From: Gemmatimonadaceae bacterium
GTDB taxonomy: Bacteria > Gemmatimonadota > Gemmatimonadetes > Gemmatimonadales > Gemmatimonadaceae
NCBI GenBank assembly: GCA_045803545.1
Contig: JBJMOW010000004.1
Coordinates: 64,001-128,000 of the forward strand
DNA: 64,000 nt
Reading direction: 5' to 3'
In this document: one piece after another, positions 20,043 through 29,215 of the stretch
How the letters are laid out: each line of letters begins with the position of its first letter
How positions within the stretch are numbered: position 1 is the stretch's first letter
The notes under the pieces: generated by a model
What the model saw: only the letters and a program-made list of their open reading frames with translations
Database searches by the model: none
What the model was told of the DNA's origin: nothing
Made by a program: the position numbers and the translations under genes

Positions 20043-20678
20043 TCAGGTACAGGTCGCTCGAAGGCCGGTGAGCCTGACCTTCTTCACAGTCACAGTTGAA
20101 AAGCCATTCGACACCGCGAGTACCATAGGACTCGCCTGACCCGTGCGCGCGTCGAGTGTCACCGCAGTCGTCTTGTCGGTCTGAAAGTACGCGTGTGCCT
20201 CGTGACCATTCACGAAGTTCTGATAGTCGTCTTTCGCCAGAACAACAACCTGGACGTCCTTCGCTCCCCCGTCCGTCACTTCAATGTGACCCGTGACATG
20301 ACACTGCGCTTGTTGCGGCGTAACGTTCCATTCGAAGGATTGAATACTGCCAGCGGGTATCGTGATCTCTCCGTCAGGAGCGAGTTGTGTCACCGATGGC
20401 TGCATCACTTGTAACGCGCTGGCGGCTGATCGAGCACCACTCGAAGAGTCGTCGTTGTTTGCTGTTGCGAGGACAATGAAGAGTACCAACACCGCGAGGA
20501 CCAACAGACCGACCATGTTGCGAGTTCTGTTCGAGCGCTGCTCGACAGGCTTGGACGGAGCAGGGCGTTCAGGTTTGGGGGTGGCTGGCGCCGACGCCGC
20601 AGGCAAATCGCGTTTGCAATGTTTGCACACTACAGCAGCGTCTTGGATTTCCTCAGCGCAGTAAGGGCACGTTCTCAT
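20043..20678 (-). CDS. Zinc-ribbon + TM + beta-rich extracytoplasmic domain protein
   Basis: MRTCPYCAEEIQDAAVVCKHC, Pro-rich linker, one TM helix. Confidence 0.8.
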   Translation of the reverse strand: MRTCPYCAEEIQDAAVVCKHCKRDLPAASAPATPKPERPAPSKPVEQRSNRTRNMVGLLVLAVLVLFIVLATANNDDSSSGARSAASALQVMQPSVTQLAPDGEITIPAGSIQSFEWNVTPQQAQCHVTGHIEVTDGGAKDVQVVVLAKDDYQNFVNGHEAHAYFQTDKTTAVTLDARTGQASPMVLAVSNGFSTVTVKKVRLTGLRATCT

Positions 20679-20889
20679 TAAATCAGCTCGGTGATGGACT
20701 GGCTTTAGACGCCTACATGCAAACACCCGCAACCGCGCGTTCCTTGCGCTTTCGATATTGCCAGCGTTCTTCGCGAGTCGCGGCAAGAAATGATAGAAAA
20801 CAGGCAGTTCGGTGATATAAAAACGACATTGTTCTAGCGGCCAAAGCAGGGCAGTGTAGGGTGACGAATGCTTCTCAACAGGAGGTCGC

Positions 20890-21060
20890 ATGGCCCGCGT
20901 CCCACCTTATCACACCAACTCTCCCGAGTACCCTCCTCAGCATCGCGAGGTGTATCACGACAAAGACACCTGTCCAGACGGTAGGCGCATTAAACGCGAG
21001 CACCTTTTACAGGGCACGGGGAACAAGAAACACTGCTTCGAGTGCGACAAGGTTAGTTAG
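20890..21060 (+). CDS. 56-aa His/Cys-containing small protein (not in ORF track)
   Basis: AGGAGG RBS. MARVPPYHTNSPEYPPQHREVYHDKDTCPDGRRIKREHLLQGTGNKKHCFECDKVS*. Followed by a hairpin. Confidence 0.75.
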   Translation: MARVPPYHTNSPEYPPQHREVYHDKDTCPDGRRIKREHLLQGTGNKKHCFECDKVS

Positions 21061-21071
21061 CCAATAAAGAA

Positions 21072-21106
21072 AGAGCGGGTAGGACTGAAAGGTCCTTACC
21101 CGCTCT
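21072..21106. terminator. Hairpin between convergent small genes (probable terminator)
   Basis: AGAGCGGGTAGGAC-loop-GTCCTTACCCGCTCT. Confidence 0.7.
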
Positions 21107-21128
21107 GATCGTTTCTACTTCTAGCCAG

Positions 21129-21335
21129 TTACGGCTTTCTCCATTTGTCGGGATGACCGGCCGATGTGTCCCGCACACGCTCAACGTGCGGAGCAACACC
21201 AGGCTCTAATTCCCTCGCGCGTGCAATCGCTTCCTTCTGAGTCGGCTCGACTGCACTCGCCCGCTGAGAACCTGCACGTCGCACTGCGTAATCGCCTTCC
21301 TCTCGACGTTCGACAAAAATTTTTTTGCTAGACAT
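21129..21335 (-). CDS. DUF2188-like protein
   Basis: YAVRRAGSQRAS...TQKEAIARARE pattern. Confidence 0.75.
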   Translation of the reverse strand: MSSKKIFVERREEGDYAVRRAGSQRASAVEPTQKEAIARARELEPGVAPHVERVRDTSAGHPDKWRKP

Positions 21336-21458
21336 CGTAAACCTACCGCGGAAGAGGTTTAGGTGAGACTCTTATGCACGATAACATCGCGTAATGTGCA
21401 AGTGGTAGATCGAGGCCGCGTGAAGAACGGTAGTTGTTAGTACAGATCGCTACTTGGC

Positions 21459-21489
21459 GGAAGTGATTCTTGCCCTTCCCTCTATACCC
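21459..21489 (-). repeat. Right terminal inverted repeat
   Basis: Reverse complement reads GGGTATAGAGGGAAGGGCAAGAATCACTTCC. Confidence 0.85.
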
Positions 21490-21503
21490 CTGAACGCCAT
21501 CGC
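21490..21503. repeat. Target-site duplication, right copy
   Basis: CTGAACGCCATCGC. Confidence 0.92.
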
Positions 21504-21732
21504 GGAGCCGGCCCGCGGTGGTTATCGACGCTACCTCGGCTGGACAATGGCGATGTTGCCGGTGCCTTCGGGTTGGAGCCGTGTTCGGAAAGTCCTTTCG
21601 CCGCTTGGTGAGCGCGCAACGGACGGCGATATCCCGTCAGACAGCGATCTGCTGGACGCAGCGCTCGAGGCGTATCGGCTGCGGCGTGAAAAGGTGCAGC
21701 CGTTGCTTGATTGGGGGATTGCCTGCGACTAG
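21490..21732 (+). pseudogene. 3' remnant of the interrupted host methyltransferase
   Basis: Reads LNAIAEPARGGYRRYLGWTMAMLPVP..., an in-frame continuation of WLNAIA. Confidence 0.85.
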
Positions 21733-23945
21733 CGGGGGCGGGCGAGTGGCGCGTCGCTCCCGCCGCAGAAGTGCGCGCGCTGATAGCTGAACTGATCCTC
21801 GGCGATACGCCCACGGTGTCGGGTCTCGGGCAAATCGAATTGCATGATCACCAGAGGTCGGTGCTCAGACGTTTGAATGATGCGATCGACCGTTTCAACG
21901 GCGCGCTGCTGTGCGATGAAGTCGGCATGGGCAAGACCTACGTCGCCATTGCGGTCTCGCGACGCTTTGCCGACTGGATGGTCGTGACTCCCGCTGCACT
22001 CGTTCCGATGTGGCGTTCCGCCCTCGAGCGCACAGAATCGCGCGCCGACGTTCTCACCTTCGAGACCCTCAGTCGATCTGACTTTGACGACTTTCGTGGG
22101 AAGCGCAGAACATCGCAACGCCGCGGCCTGGTGATCGTCGACGAAGCGCATCATGCGCGAAATCCACGAACCAATCGATACTTCGCGCTCGAGCACCTTG
22201 TTCGCAATGCCAGGGTTTTGCTCCTCAGCGCGACACCGATACACAACCGCCGAAATGATCTCGTCGCGCTGCTCTCATTGTTTCTGGGGTCTCGCGCGAC
22301 GACCATGACCGCTGCCGAGCTATCGCAATGTGTAATTCGTCGAGAGCAAAGCCAGCTCGATCGGTCATCGCCCATTCCGGGTATCCTGCCGGTGGTTCCC
22401 CATGCAGTGGGCGACGACCCTGCGATCGTCGCAGTGCTAATGAATCTCCCACCGCCGGTCCCGCTGCGTGATGGAGGAATCGCGAGTGCCCTTGTCGGCA
22501 GGAACCTCGTTCACCAATGGGCATCGAGTGAAGCAGCGCTCCACGAAGCGCTCCGGCGACGAATTGCCCGGGCAATCGCGCTGTCATCTTCACTCGAAGC
22601 CGGTAACTACCCGACACTCAAAGAGCTCGAGCATTGGGTCTACGAGGATGGCGCGTTACAGCTTGGTTTCGCCGAACTCCTGTCGTCTCCAGCGCCCGGA
22701 CATGTGGAGCTGTTGAACGGTGTACGCGCGCATGTGGCGACACTACAATCGATACGGAAGCGATTCGATTCGACCGCGCTCGATGCAAATCGAGCCGAAA
22801 CTGTTTCGCAAATTCGGGCATCACGCGGCAAAGCAAAGATTGTCGCGTTCTCACAATACGCGCAGACCATCGCAATGCTCTACCGGCGTCTCGCGAAGTT
22901 CGGCTACGTCGGCATGCTGACGTCGCACGGTGCACGAGTGGCTGGTGGTCCGCTCACTCGGAGTGAAGCAATTGCCCGATTTGCTCCGCTCGCCACTAGC
23001 TCGCGCCAGCCGCCTCGCGGCGAAGCGATTCAACTGCTGCTCACGACCGATTTGCTGAGCGAGGGAGTCAATCTGCAGGACGCCGACACGGTGATTCACC
23101 TCGACATCCCGTGGACTGCGGCCCGAATGGAACAGCGAGTTGGCCGTGTCGCTCGCATTGGCTCAATGCATGAAGAAGTTCACGTGCATCTGATTTGTCA
23201 GCCGGCGAGCGCGGCCAGAGTTTTGAATAGCGAGCCAACCGTAGAGCGCAAATTGACGATTGCTCGCGCGGAAGACGACGTGCCCCGCAAGGTCGAGCAG
23301 CTGCGCGACGTGCTCTATGAGTGGCGTGGCCGATCGCAGCTGTCGGGAGTCGATGACGCGGCGATTGTAGTCGGCGCAGCGACGGCCGACGAAGATCTTT
23401 TCATCGCAGCTGTCACGCTCGACGGACGAAAGCACCTCGTGGTCAGCTGCACCCAGAATGTGACCAATGCGTTGGGCGAGCAGCTACGTGTATGTAGCCT
23501 GCCAGCGAGCTCCGACGTTCCAGTAGACGAACGTGCGGCACTGGCAGCTGTGGATGCACTGAACGGCTGGTGCATAACTCAGCGCGCGGCATCAGCGGCG
23601 GGCGTGATTGCTTCGCAGGCAACTGGCCGCCGCGAGCTGATCGCCCGCATCGATCTGGCCATAGAATCAGCACCACCGCATCGGCGCAGCACCAGACTCG
23701 CGTTGGCCGCGCGAGCCCGCAGAGTCGTGACTGCCGCGCAGTGCGCCGATGTCGAGCACGACCTTGAGACCATTCTTCAGACCAGCCTGCCTGAAGAAGA
23801 ATGGCTTGCGGCGGTCGCTAATCTCGACACGCAGCAAGCCATTCGATCAGAGTCAGATGCTGACCGCTTCCATATTCACGCCGTTCTGCTTCTTAACGTC
23901 AGACAGCCTCGATCTCAGCCGCTGCCCGATCCAGAATGTCTTTGA
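21711..23945 (+). CDS. SNF2-like SF2 helicase
   Basis: DEVGMGKT, DEAH, SATP, SEGVNLQ, QRVGRVAR. Start codon uncertain. Confidence 0.9.
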   Translation: MGDCLRLAGAGEWRVAPAAEVRALIAELILGDTPTVSGLGQIELHDHQRSVLRRLNDAIDRFNGALLCDEVGMGKTYVAIAVSRRFADWMVVTPAALVPMWRSALERTESRADVLTFETLSRSDFDDFRGKRRTSQRRGLVIVDEAHHARNPRTNRYFALEHLVRNARVLLLSATPIHNRRNDLVALLSLFLGSRATTMTAAELSQCVIRREQSQLDRSSPIPGILPVVPHAVGDDPAIVAVLMNLPPPVPLRDGGIASALVGRNLVHQWASSEAALHEALRRRIARAIALSSSLEAGNYPTLKELEHWVYEDGALQLGFAELLSSPAPGHVELLNGVRAHVATLQSIRKRFDSTALDANRAETVSQIRASRGKAKIVAFSQYAQTIAMLYRRLAKFGYVGMLTSHGARVAGGPLTRSEAIARFAPLATSSRQPPRGEAIQLLLTTDLLSEGVNLQDADTVIHLDIPWTAARMEQRVGRVARIGSMHEEVHVHLICQPASAARVLNSEPTVERKLTIARAEDDVPRKVEQLRDVLYEWRGRSQLSGVDDAAIVVGAATADEDLFIAAVTLDGRKHLVVSCTQNVTNALGEQLRVCSLPASSDVPVDERAALAAVDALNGWCITQRAASAAGVIASQATGRRELIARIDLAIESAPPHRRSTRLALAARARRVVTAAQCADVEHDLETILQTSLPEEEWLAAVANLDTQQAIRSESDADRFHIHAVLLLNVRQPRSQPLPDPECL

Positions 23946-24516
23946 TCTTTTTTATTTGCTCAGCCGAACGAGTGCCGGTCCTGGCGTACACCGCGCGGCC
24001 GACGTCTTTGAAGCCGCGATGCACTTCCATCATCGGCTCCCCAAAAATGCTTTGTGCGAAGTCAGCGATCTTCGAGAAGATGTCGTCGATAAGCGGCTGA
24101 TTCTCGGCGAGGTGTTTGCGACCTTCATCGGTGATCTCGTAAATCTTCTTGCCGTTCTCTTCCGGCATCGCGCGTGCATAGCCGAGATCCTCGAGCATCG
24201 TCAAAGTGGGATAAACGGTGCCGGGGCTCGGTGAGTACATCCCGCCAAAACGCTCTTCGATCTCCTTGATGATCTCGTAGCCGTGCCTCGGCTTCTCATC
24301 GAGCAGACGCAGAATGACGAACTTGAGGTGACCTTGATCGAACATCCGGCCACCACCGAACGGACCGCCGCGACTTCTTCCGCGACCGGGCCACCCACCC
24401 CAGAACGCACCGGTATCGAATCCCCAGTTCTCGGGACGTCCCGCGAACGCCCAGGCGAAGCCAGGGCCACAGTTGCTACCAATGCCACCACCGGGTCCAA
24501 ATTTCCATTCGCGCAT
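23899..24516 (-). CDS. PadR-family transcriptional regulator
   Basis: PRHGYEII...SPGTVYPTL. GGAGG RBS before ATG 24516. Confidence 0.92.
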   Translation of the reverse strand: MREWKFGPGGGIGSNCGPGFAWAFAGRPENWGFDTGAFWGGWPGRGRSRGGPFGGGRMFDQGHLKFVILRLLDEKPRHGYEIIKEIEERFGGMYSPSPGTVYPTLTMLEDLGYARAMPEENGKKIYEITDEGRKHLAENQPLIDDIFSKIADFAQSIFGEPMMEVHRGFKDVGRAVYARTGTRSAEQIKKIKDILDRAAAEIEAV

Positions 24517-24582
24517 CGAATTGCCTCCGTGCCTAGCGTATTGAGCCAGCGAGGCGCCATTCAGCGCCGCAGATAGTACTGG

Positions 24583-24627
24583 CGATATATCGGTACGGCC
24601 AGAAGCTATATCTGGCGATATATCGCC
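24583..24627. promoter_or_regulatory. Two CGATATATCG palindromes, probable PadR operators
   Basis: CGATATATCG at 24583-24592 and GGCGATATATCGCC at 24614-24627, upstream of the padR-family gene. Confidence 0.65.
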
Positions 24628-24761
24628 GCAACCCCCCACTTCACTTGCCAATACAAAGGATGTGCGGAGAAACGGTCGCGCAAGTTGAAGCCAGAAAGCG
24701 ACTTACATCACTGACAATATTGGGGTTAGTCGGGCTTGCATCTTGCCGAAATCTCAACGTC

Positions 24762-26477
24762 ATGATCGCCGAGCCCCGCAGCCTCACGCTCCTGATCCTC
24801 TCGATTGCCCTCGTGCTGGTCGGCGCATACGCCGTAGTCGAGATCGCGCGAAGAGTGCGCTTTCATGAAGGACGTCGCCGGTATCGCTGGACATACCTTG
24901 GCGCACTCGCATTCGGACTCACTGTGTGGGCGGCAGATCTCACCGGCACACTGGCACTGAGCCCACACTGGCCAGTGTGGTTCAGTACTCTCTTCGTCAT
25001 CGCGTCAGCCGTCGCCGCACTCATCGCCGGCAGCGCTGTTTTTTTCGCTGTCTACAGAACGGAGCGCCATAACGCACTCATCGCTCTTGCGATTGTCGTT
25101 GCCTTCGGGGCGATCGGCGGTACTCACTACGCGACTTTCATGGGGACGCGGAGCACCCTGGCCGAGGCTGACGCCACCGAAGTTCTTCTAACGGGCACGT
25201 TCGCACTCGGTCTGACCGTTTCGATTCTTGGCACCGTCCTCCTCGCCGGCGCAGCCGCGTCGACACGTTTCGAACGGTGGAGCATCGCGACCCGAAGCAG
25301 GTTCGAAAGCCTGCTCGAGCTCGCTCCACAGATCGTTTGGTTCGCTGAGTCGGATGGCCGTATCACGTATTGCAACCAGTACTGGTACAACTACACCGGC
25401 ATGTCGACGGGTGAGACACTCGGCGATGGCTGGGTAAGTGCCCTCCATCCCGACGACCGTGATTCAGTCCTGCTCAATTGGTCGAACGCGGTGAAAGCGG
25501 GAGAAGATTTTGAGAGCGAGATGAGACTCCGCTCTGCTGATGGAGACTACTGCTGGTTCCTGGTGCGGAGCCGCCCCAGCCGGGATGAATCAGGTAAGAT
25601 CCATTCGTGGCTCGGGATCGCTGTCGACATCGAGGAGCGGAAACAGGCAGAAGAACAAGCCCTCGCCGCTAGCCAGGCCAAGTCTGAATTCCTCGCCAGC
25701 ATGAGTCACGAGCTTCGCACACCACTCAACGCGATTGGTGGCTACGCAGAGCTCCTCGCGCTCGGTGTACGTGGGTCCCTAAACGCTGATCAGGCGCAGG
25801 ACATCGCTCGCATCAGGCGCAGTCAGAAGCACCTGCTCACCCTTATCAACGATGTCCTGAATTTCGCCAAGGTGGACGCCGGTCAGGCGGAATATAGAAT
25901 GACCGCGGTTCCCATCGACGAAGCGCTAAAGGACACTGAGTCGATGATCGCACCGCAGATTCTGGCGAAGGGCCTGCAATACGCCTACAAAGGAGCCGGC
26001 AGAGCGGAAGCGGTGCTCGCGGATCCGGAGAAGATGCAGCAGATCGTTCTCAACCTCCTCAGCAACGCTGTGAAGTTCACCGAAACCGGTGGCTCGATCA
26101 GCATGTCCGCGACGCCCCGCGGTCAGTGCATTGAGATCGCAGTGCAGGACACCGGCGTTGGGATTCCGGAAGAGAAACTCGACAAGGTTTTCGATCCCTT
26201 CGTCCAGGCTGGTCGCCAGCTCAATCAGCCGGCGCAGGGCATTGGTCTCGGCCTCGCAATCAGCCGGGACCTCGCGCGCGCCATGAACGGCGAGATCATA
26301 CTCGATAGCTCGGTCGGCAAAGGCTCGACGTTCACCCTCGCATTGCCGCGCGCGCCACGTATGGATCCCGCCGATGTCGCTGCGGCTACCGCCGCCGCGC
26401 TCGGTGAAGACGCAATGCCTCGCCCGGACGCCAGCGGGCTAGCCGACCGCTCGCTTCAGGAAGCTTCGCATACCTAG
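24762..26477 (+). CDS. Membrane (MHYT-like) PAS sensor histidine kinase
   Basis: TM region with THYA, PAS (LHPDD), SHELRTPL, NLLSNAVKFT, DTGVG, GLGL. Start uncertain. Confidence 0.9.
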   Translation: MIAEPRSLTLLILSIALVLVGAYAVVEIARRVRFHEGRRRYRWTYLGALAFGLTVWAADLTGTLALSPHWPVWFSTLFVIASAVAALIAGSAVFFAVYRTERHNALIALAIVVAFGAIGGTHYATFMGTRSTLAEADATEVLLTGTFALGLTVSILGTVLLAGAAASTRFERWSIATRSRFESLLELAPQIVWFAESDGRITYCNQYWYNYTGMSTGETLGDGWVSALHPDDRDSVLLNWSNAVKAGEDFESEMRLRSADGDYCWFLVRSRPSRDESGKIHSWLGIAVDIEERKQAEEQALAASQAKSEFLASMSHELRTPLNAIGGYAELLALGVRGSLNADQAQDIARIRRSQKHLLTLINDVLNFAKVDAGQAEYRMTAVPIDEALKDTESMIAPQILAKGLQYAYKGAGRAEAVLADPEKMQQIVLNLLSNAVKFTETGGSISMSATPRGQCIEIAVQDTGVGIPEEKLDKVFDPFVQAGRQLNQPAQGIGLGLAISRDLARAMNGEIILDSSVGKGSTFTLALPRAPRMDPADVAAATAAALGEDAMPRPDASGLADRSLQEASHT

Positions 26478-27248
26478 CACCCAGAAAAGTGCGGTGATCG
26501 CGATCAATGCGACGACCACGATCGGCAGCGTCATGTGGGGCGAGGCTGGCGTCAGCGCGCCCCGCATTCCTTCTGCGACGTAAACCAGCGGGTTGATCAA
26601 CACCGCGTACTTCATGACGGGAACTGTGCTCAGTCCCTGCCACGGGTAATACGCGCAGCCAAAGAAAATCATCGGCGCCAGTATGACGCCGAACATCAAG
26701 CCGATCTGCTGCGGCTGAATAGCGGTGCCCAGGAAAAGTCCGAGCGATGAGAACGCGGCGGCACCGAGAATGGTGATTAGCAGCACACTCCCGAAATGCG
26801 CGAACGTAAGATTCGGGATCGTACCCATGATCAGTCTCGCTACGGGGAGAACGAAGAGGGCCGACACGATTCCTTGCAGAACGCCCGCCACAATTTTTTC
26901 TGCCGCGACGAGGATAATCGGAACCGGAGCAAGCAAACGATCCTCGATCTCTTTCGTCCAGCCAAAGTCCTGCACCATTGGCAGCGCCACCGACTGGATG
27001 CTGGAGAAAGTGAGGCTGATCGCTAGGACTCCGGGCAGCAGTGCCGTCGTGTAGCCGCGACCCATGAACCCCATCCGCGGCAGCAAGTACCCGAACACGA
27101 TTACGAACATCAGGGGCTGCAGCGTCGTGCGCAGCAGAAAAAACGGCAATTCTCGCCGCGCCACGCGCATGTCGCGACGCAGAAGTGCAAAGAAAACCGA
27201 AGACGCGCGGACCTCAGCGCGAGTCGGCGCCAGAGTCGCGACGGTCAC
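26439..27248 (-). CDS. ABC-2 exporter permease
   Basis: Multi-TM, EDRLLAP and NPLVY motifs. Confidence 0.9.
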   Translation of the reverse strand: MTVATLAPTRAEVRASSVFFALLRRDMRVARRELPFFLLRTTLQPLMFVIVFGYLLPRMGFMGRGYTTALLPGVLAISLTFSSIQSVALPMVQDFGWTKEIEDRLLAPVPIILVAAEKIVAGVLQGIVSALFVLPVARLIMGTIPNLTFAHFGSVLLITILGAAAFSSLGLFLGTAIQPQQIGLMFGVILAPMIFFGCAYYPWQGLSTVPVMKYAVLINPLVYVAEGMRGALTPASPHMTLPIVVVALIAITALFWVLGMRSFLKRAVG

Positions 27249-27306
27249 TCAGCCCTCACACTCATCCCGCCGTCGCGTCCCGCATCCCCGCATCCCGCCT
27301 CCGCCA

Positions 27307-28314
27307 TCAGCCAAGCTTCCTCCCCGTCAGTGACACAAAGAGCGTTTCCAGGCTCGGCGGCAACAGATGAATGTCCGTGACGGTTCGGCCGGCTGTCTCC
27401 GCGGCTTCGATCAACGCCGGAAGAATTTGCCCACCGCGCGTGCTGTGCGCGCGCAGCAACCCATCCCGTGCTTCCACCCTGCTGACACCGTTGATCGTCT
27501 CCGCAATCTCCGCTGTTGGTGCGGCGTCGCCGTCGAGGACGAGCTCGATCAGCGTTCCGCCCGGCGCTTTCGCTTTCAGCGCGCGCGGAGTATCGAGCGC
27601 AAGCAACTTGCCCTGATCGATTATCGCGAGCCGGTCACACAGCTGGTCGGCTTCATCCATGTAGTGCGTCGTCATGACAATGGTGCGACCGCGATTGTGC
27701 ATGTCGCGCAGAATTTCCCACAAGCCGAGTCGCGCCTGGGGGTCGAGACCAACGGTCGGCTCGTCGAGGAAGATGATGTCCGGCTCGTGCATCAATGCAC
27801 GCACGATCATCAGGCGCTGTTGTTGTCCGCCGGAGAGTTCGGTGAGCTTGGCGTTTGACTTGTCGGAGAGGCCAAGCCTCTCGAGCAGCTCGTAGGCGCG
27901 CTTCGTCGCAATCTCGGTCGGAATGCCAAAGTACGCGGCGTGAAACTGCAGGTTCTCGAGAACGTCCAGGCTGAGATCTGCATTCGGGCGCTGCGGCACT
28001 ACGCCGATTGTCTGTCGAACGCGCACAGAATCGGCGACGACATCGGAACCGGCGACGAACGCCGTGCCCGACGTCGGTAGAATCCGCGTCGTAAGGATTC
28101 CAATCGCAGTAGTCTTACCGGCCCCGTTCGGGCCCAGCAGGCCGAAGAATTCCCCGGCAGCAATGTCGAGATCGAGCGATTCGAGGGCGATCACGTCCCC
28201 CGCGGGCGGCGACATAGTTCCCGGAGGCGCCCAACGCGCGCTGTGAGAGCTGCTTTTAGTCTTGCCACTGCCCTTATACACTTTGCGCAGCGCGCGCATT
28301 TCGATTGCTTTCAC
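27307..28314 (-). CDS. ABC transporter ATP-binding protein (DrrA-like)
   Basis: GPNGAGKTT, LSGGQ, LDEPT. Confidence 0.93.
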   Translation of the reverse strand: MKAIEMRALRKVYKGSGKTKSSSHSARWAPPGTMSPPAGDVIALESLDLDIAAGEFFGLLGPNGAGKTTAIGILTTRILPTSGTAFVAGSDVVADSVRVRQTIGVVPQRPNADLSLDVLENLQFHAAYFGIPTEIATKRAYELLERLGLSDKSNAKLTELSGGQQQRLMIVRALMHEPDIIFLDEPTVGLDPQARLGLWEILRDMHNRGRTIVMTTHYMDEADQLCDRLAIIDQGKLLALDTPRALKAKAPGGTLIELVLDGDAAPTAEIAETINGVSRVEARDGLLRAHSTRGGQILPALIEAAETAGRTVTDIHLLPPSLETLFVSLTGRKLG

Positions 28315-29183
28315 TTTTTCCGCTTGGTACGCTCAACGTCGAAAAAGAAATCCATCAAAGCGGAGTTGAAGCTAGCGGGCTGGGCGAAGTGCGCGCCATG
28401 CCCGGCGTTTGAGATTACGACTTTCTTCGCACCCGGTATCCACCGCGCCAGGGAGTCATCGGCCGCGGCGATAAACGACGCTTCGTGATCTCCGACGATC
28501 ACCAACGTCGGTATTTGCAGCGCCTCGATTTGCGCGGTGGTGGCCGCCGGAACACGAAGAGACTCAGGATGAGGATCGAGCAAATCCTTGCCGCTGTAGC
28601 TCGCCCACAGGTGACGGTAGCGTTCCACGAGATCGTTGCGTCCGGGCGGTACCCAGCCGAGCGGGCTGGCGAGCACGAGTTTCCCGACTGAATCGAGCCC
28701 GCTCGTCCTCGCGACATTCGGTAGCGAGGCGAGGAGCTGCCGGAATTCGGCCGGCGCCGGGAATCCTTTGGAGAATGCACCGTAAAGCACGAGTCCCTTC
28801 ACCCGCTGCGGATACGCCGCCGCAAATCGCAACGCGACGTCTCCACCGCGGGAATGCCCCACTATGTAGGCACGCGGGATGTGCAATGCCTCGAGCAGGG
28901 TGAGGAGATCCTGCGGATCCGCGGACGCATCCGCGTAACCGGTCGATCGCCCAAACCCACGAGAGTCGAACCGCACGACCCGATAGCGACTTTTCAGCGC
29001 CGCCACCTGATCGTCCCAGACGCTCAGGTTGTGAGTCCATCCGTGGATGAAGACGACGGCAGGTCCATTTCCCGATACGTCGTAATTGATCAGCGCGTCG
29101 CCGACGTTGAGGGTGCGCTGCTGTGCGACGCCAGGCCGTGCAAAGAGTGCTGCTAAAATCAGGAGCCGAATCGCTGGCCTCAT
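28311..29183 (-). CDS. Secreted alpha/beta hydrolase
   Basis: Signal peptide, HGW, GHSRGG, AGH. Confidence 0.88.
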   Translation of the reverse strand: MRPAIRLLILAALFARPGVAQQRTLNVGDALINYDVSGNGPAVVFIHGWTHNLSVWDDQVAALKSRYRVVRFDSRGFGRSTGYADASADPQDLLTLLEALHIPRAYIVGHSRGGDVALRFAAAYPQRVKGLVLYGAFSKGFPAPAEFRQLLASLPNVARTSGLDSVGKLVLASPLGWVPPGRNDLVERYRHLWASYSGKDLLDPHPESLRVPAATTAQIEALQIPTLVIVGDHEASFIAAADDSLARWIPGAKKVVISNAGHGAHFAQPASFNSALMDFFFDVERTKRKK

Positions 29184-29215
29184 GTCGCCTCCCGCTTGAT
29201 TGTGGCTGTGCTCCT

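Larger units (their letters stand above)
7133..21489. mobile_element. Casposon (Cas1 + PolB self-synthesizing transposon), 14,357 bp
   Basis: TSD, TIRs, solo cas1, polB, HNH, HTH and MTase genes. Visibly lower GC than the flanks. Splits a host gene in frame. Confidence 0.92.

Noticed and set aside
7119..21505. Prophage/ICE with 16-bp att sites
   Set aside because: No tyrosine or serine recombinase, virion or conjugation genes. The extra GG is explained by the TIR's leading G residues, leaving a 14-bp TSD.
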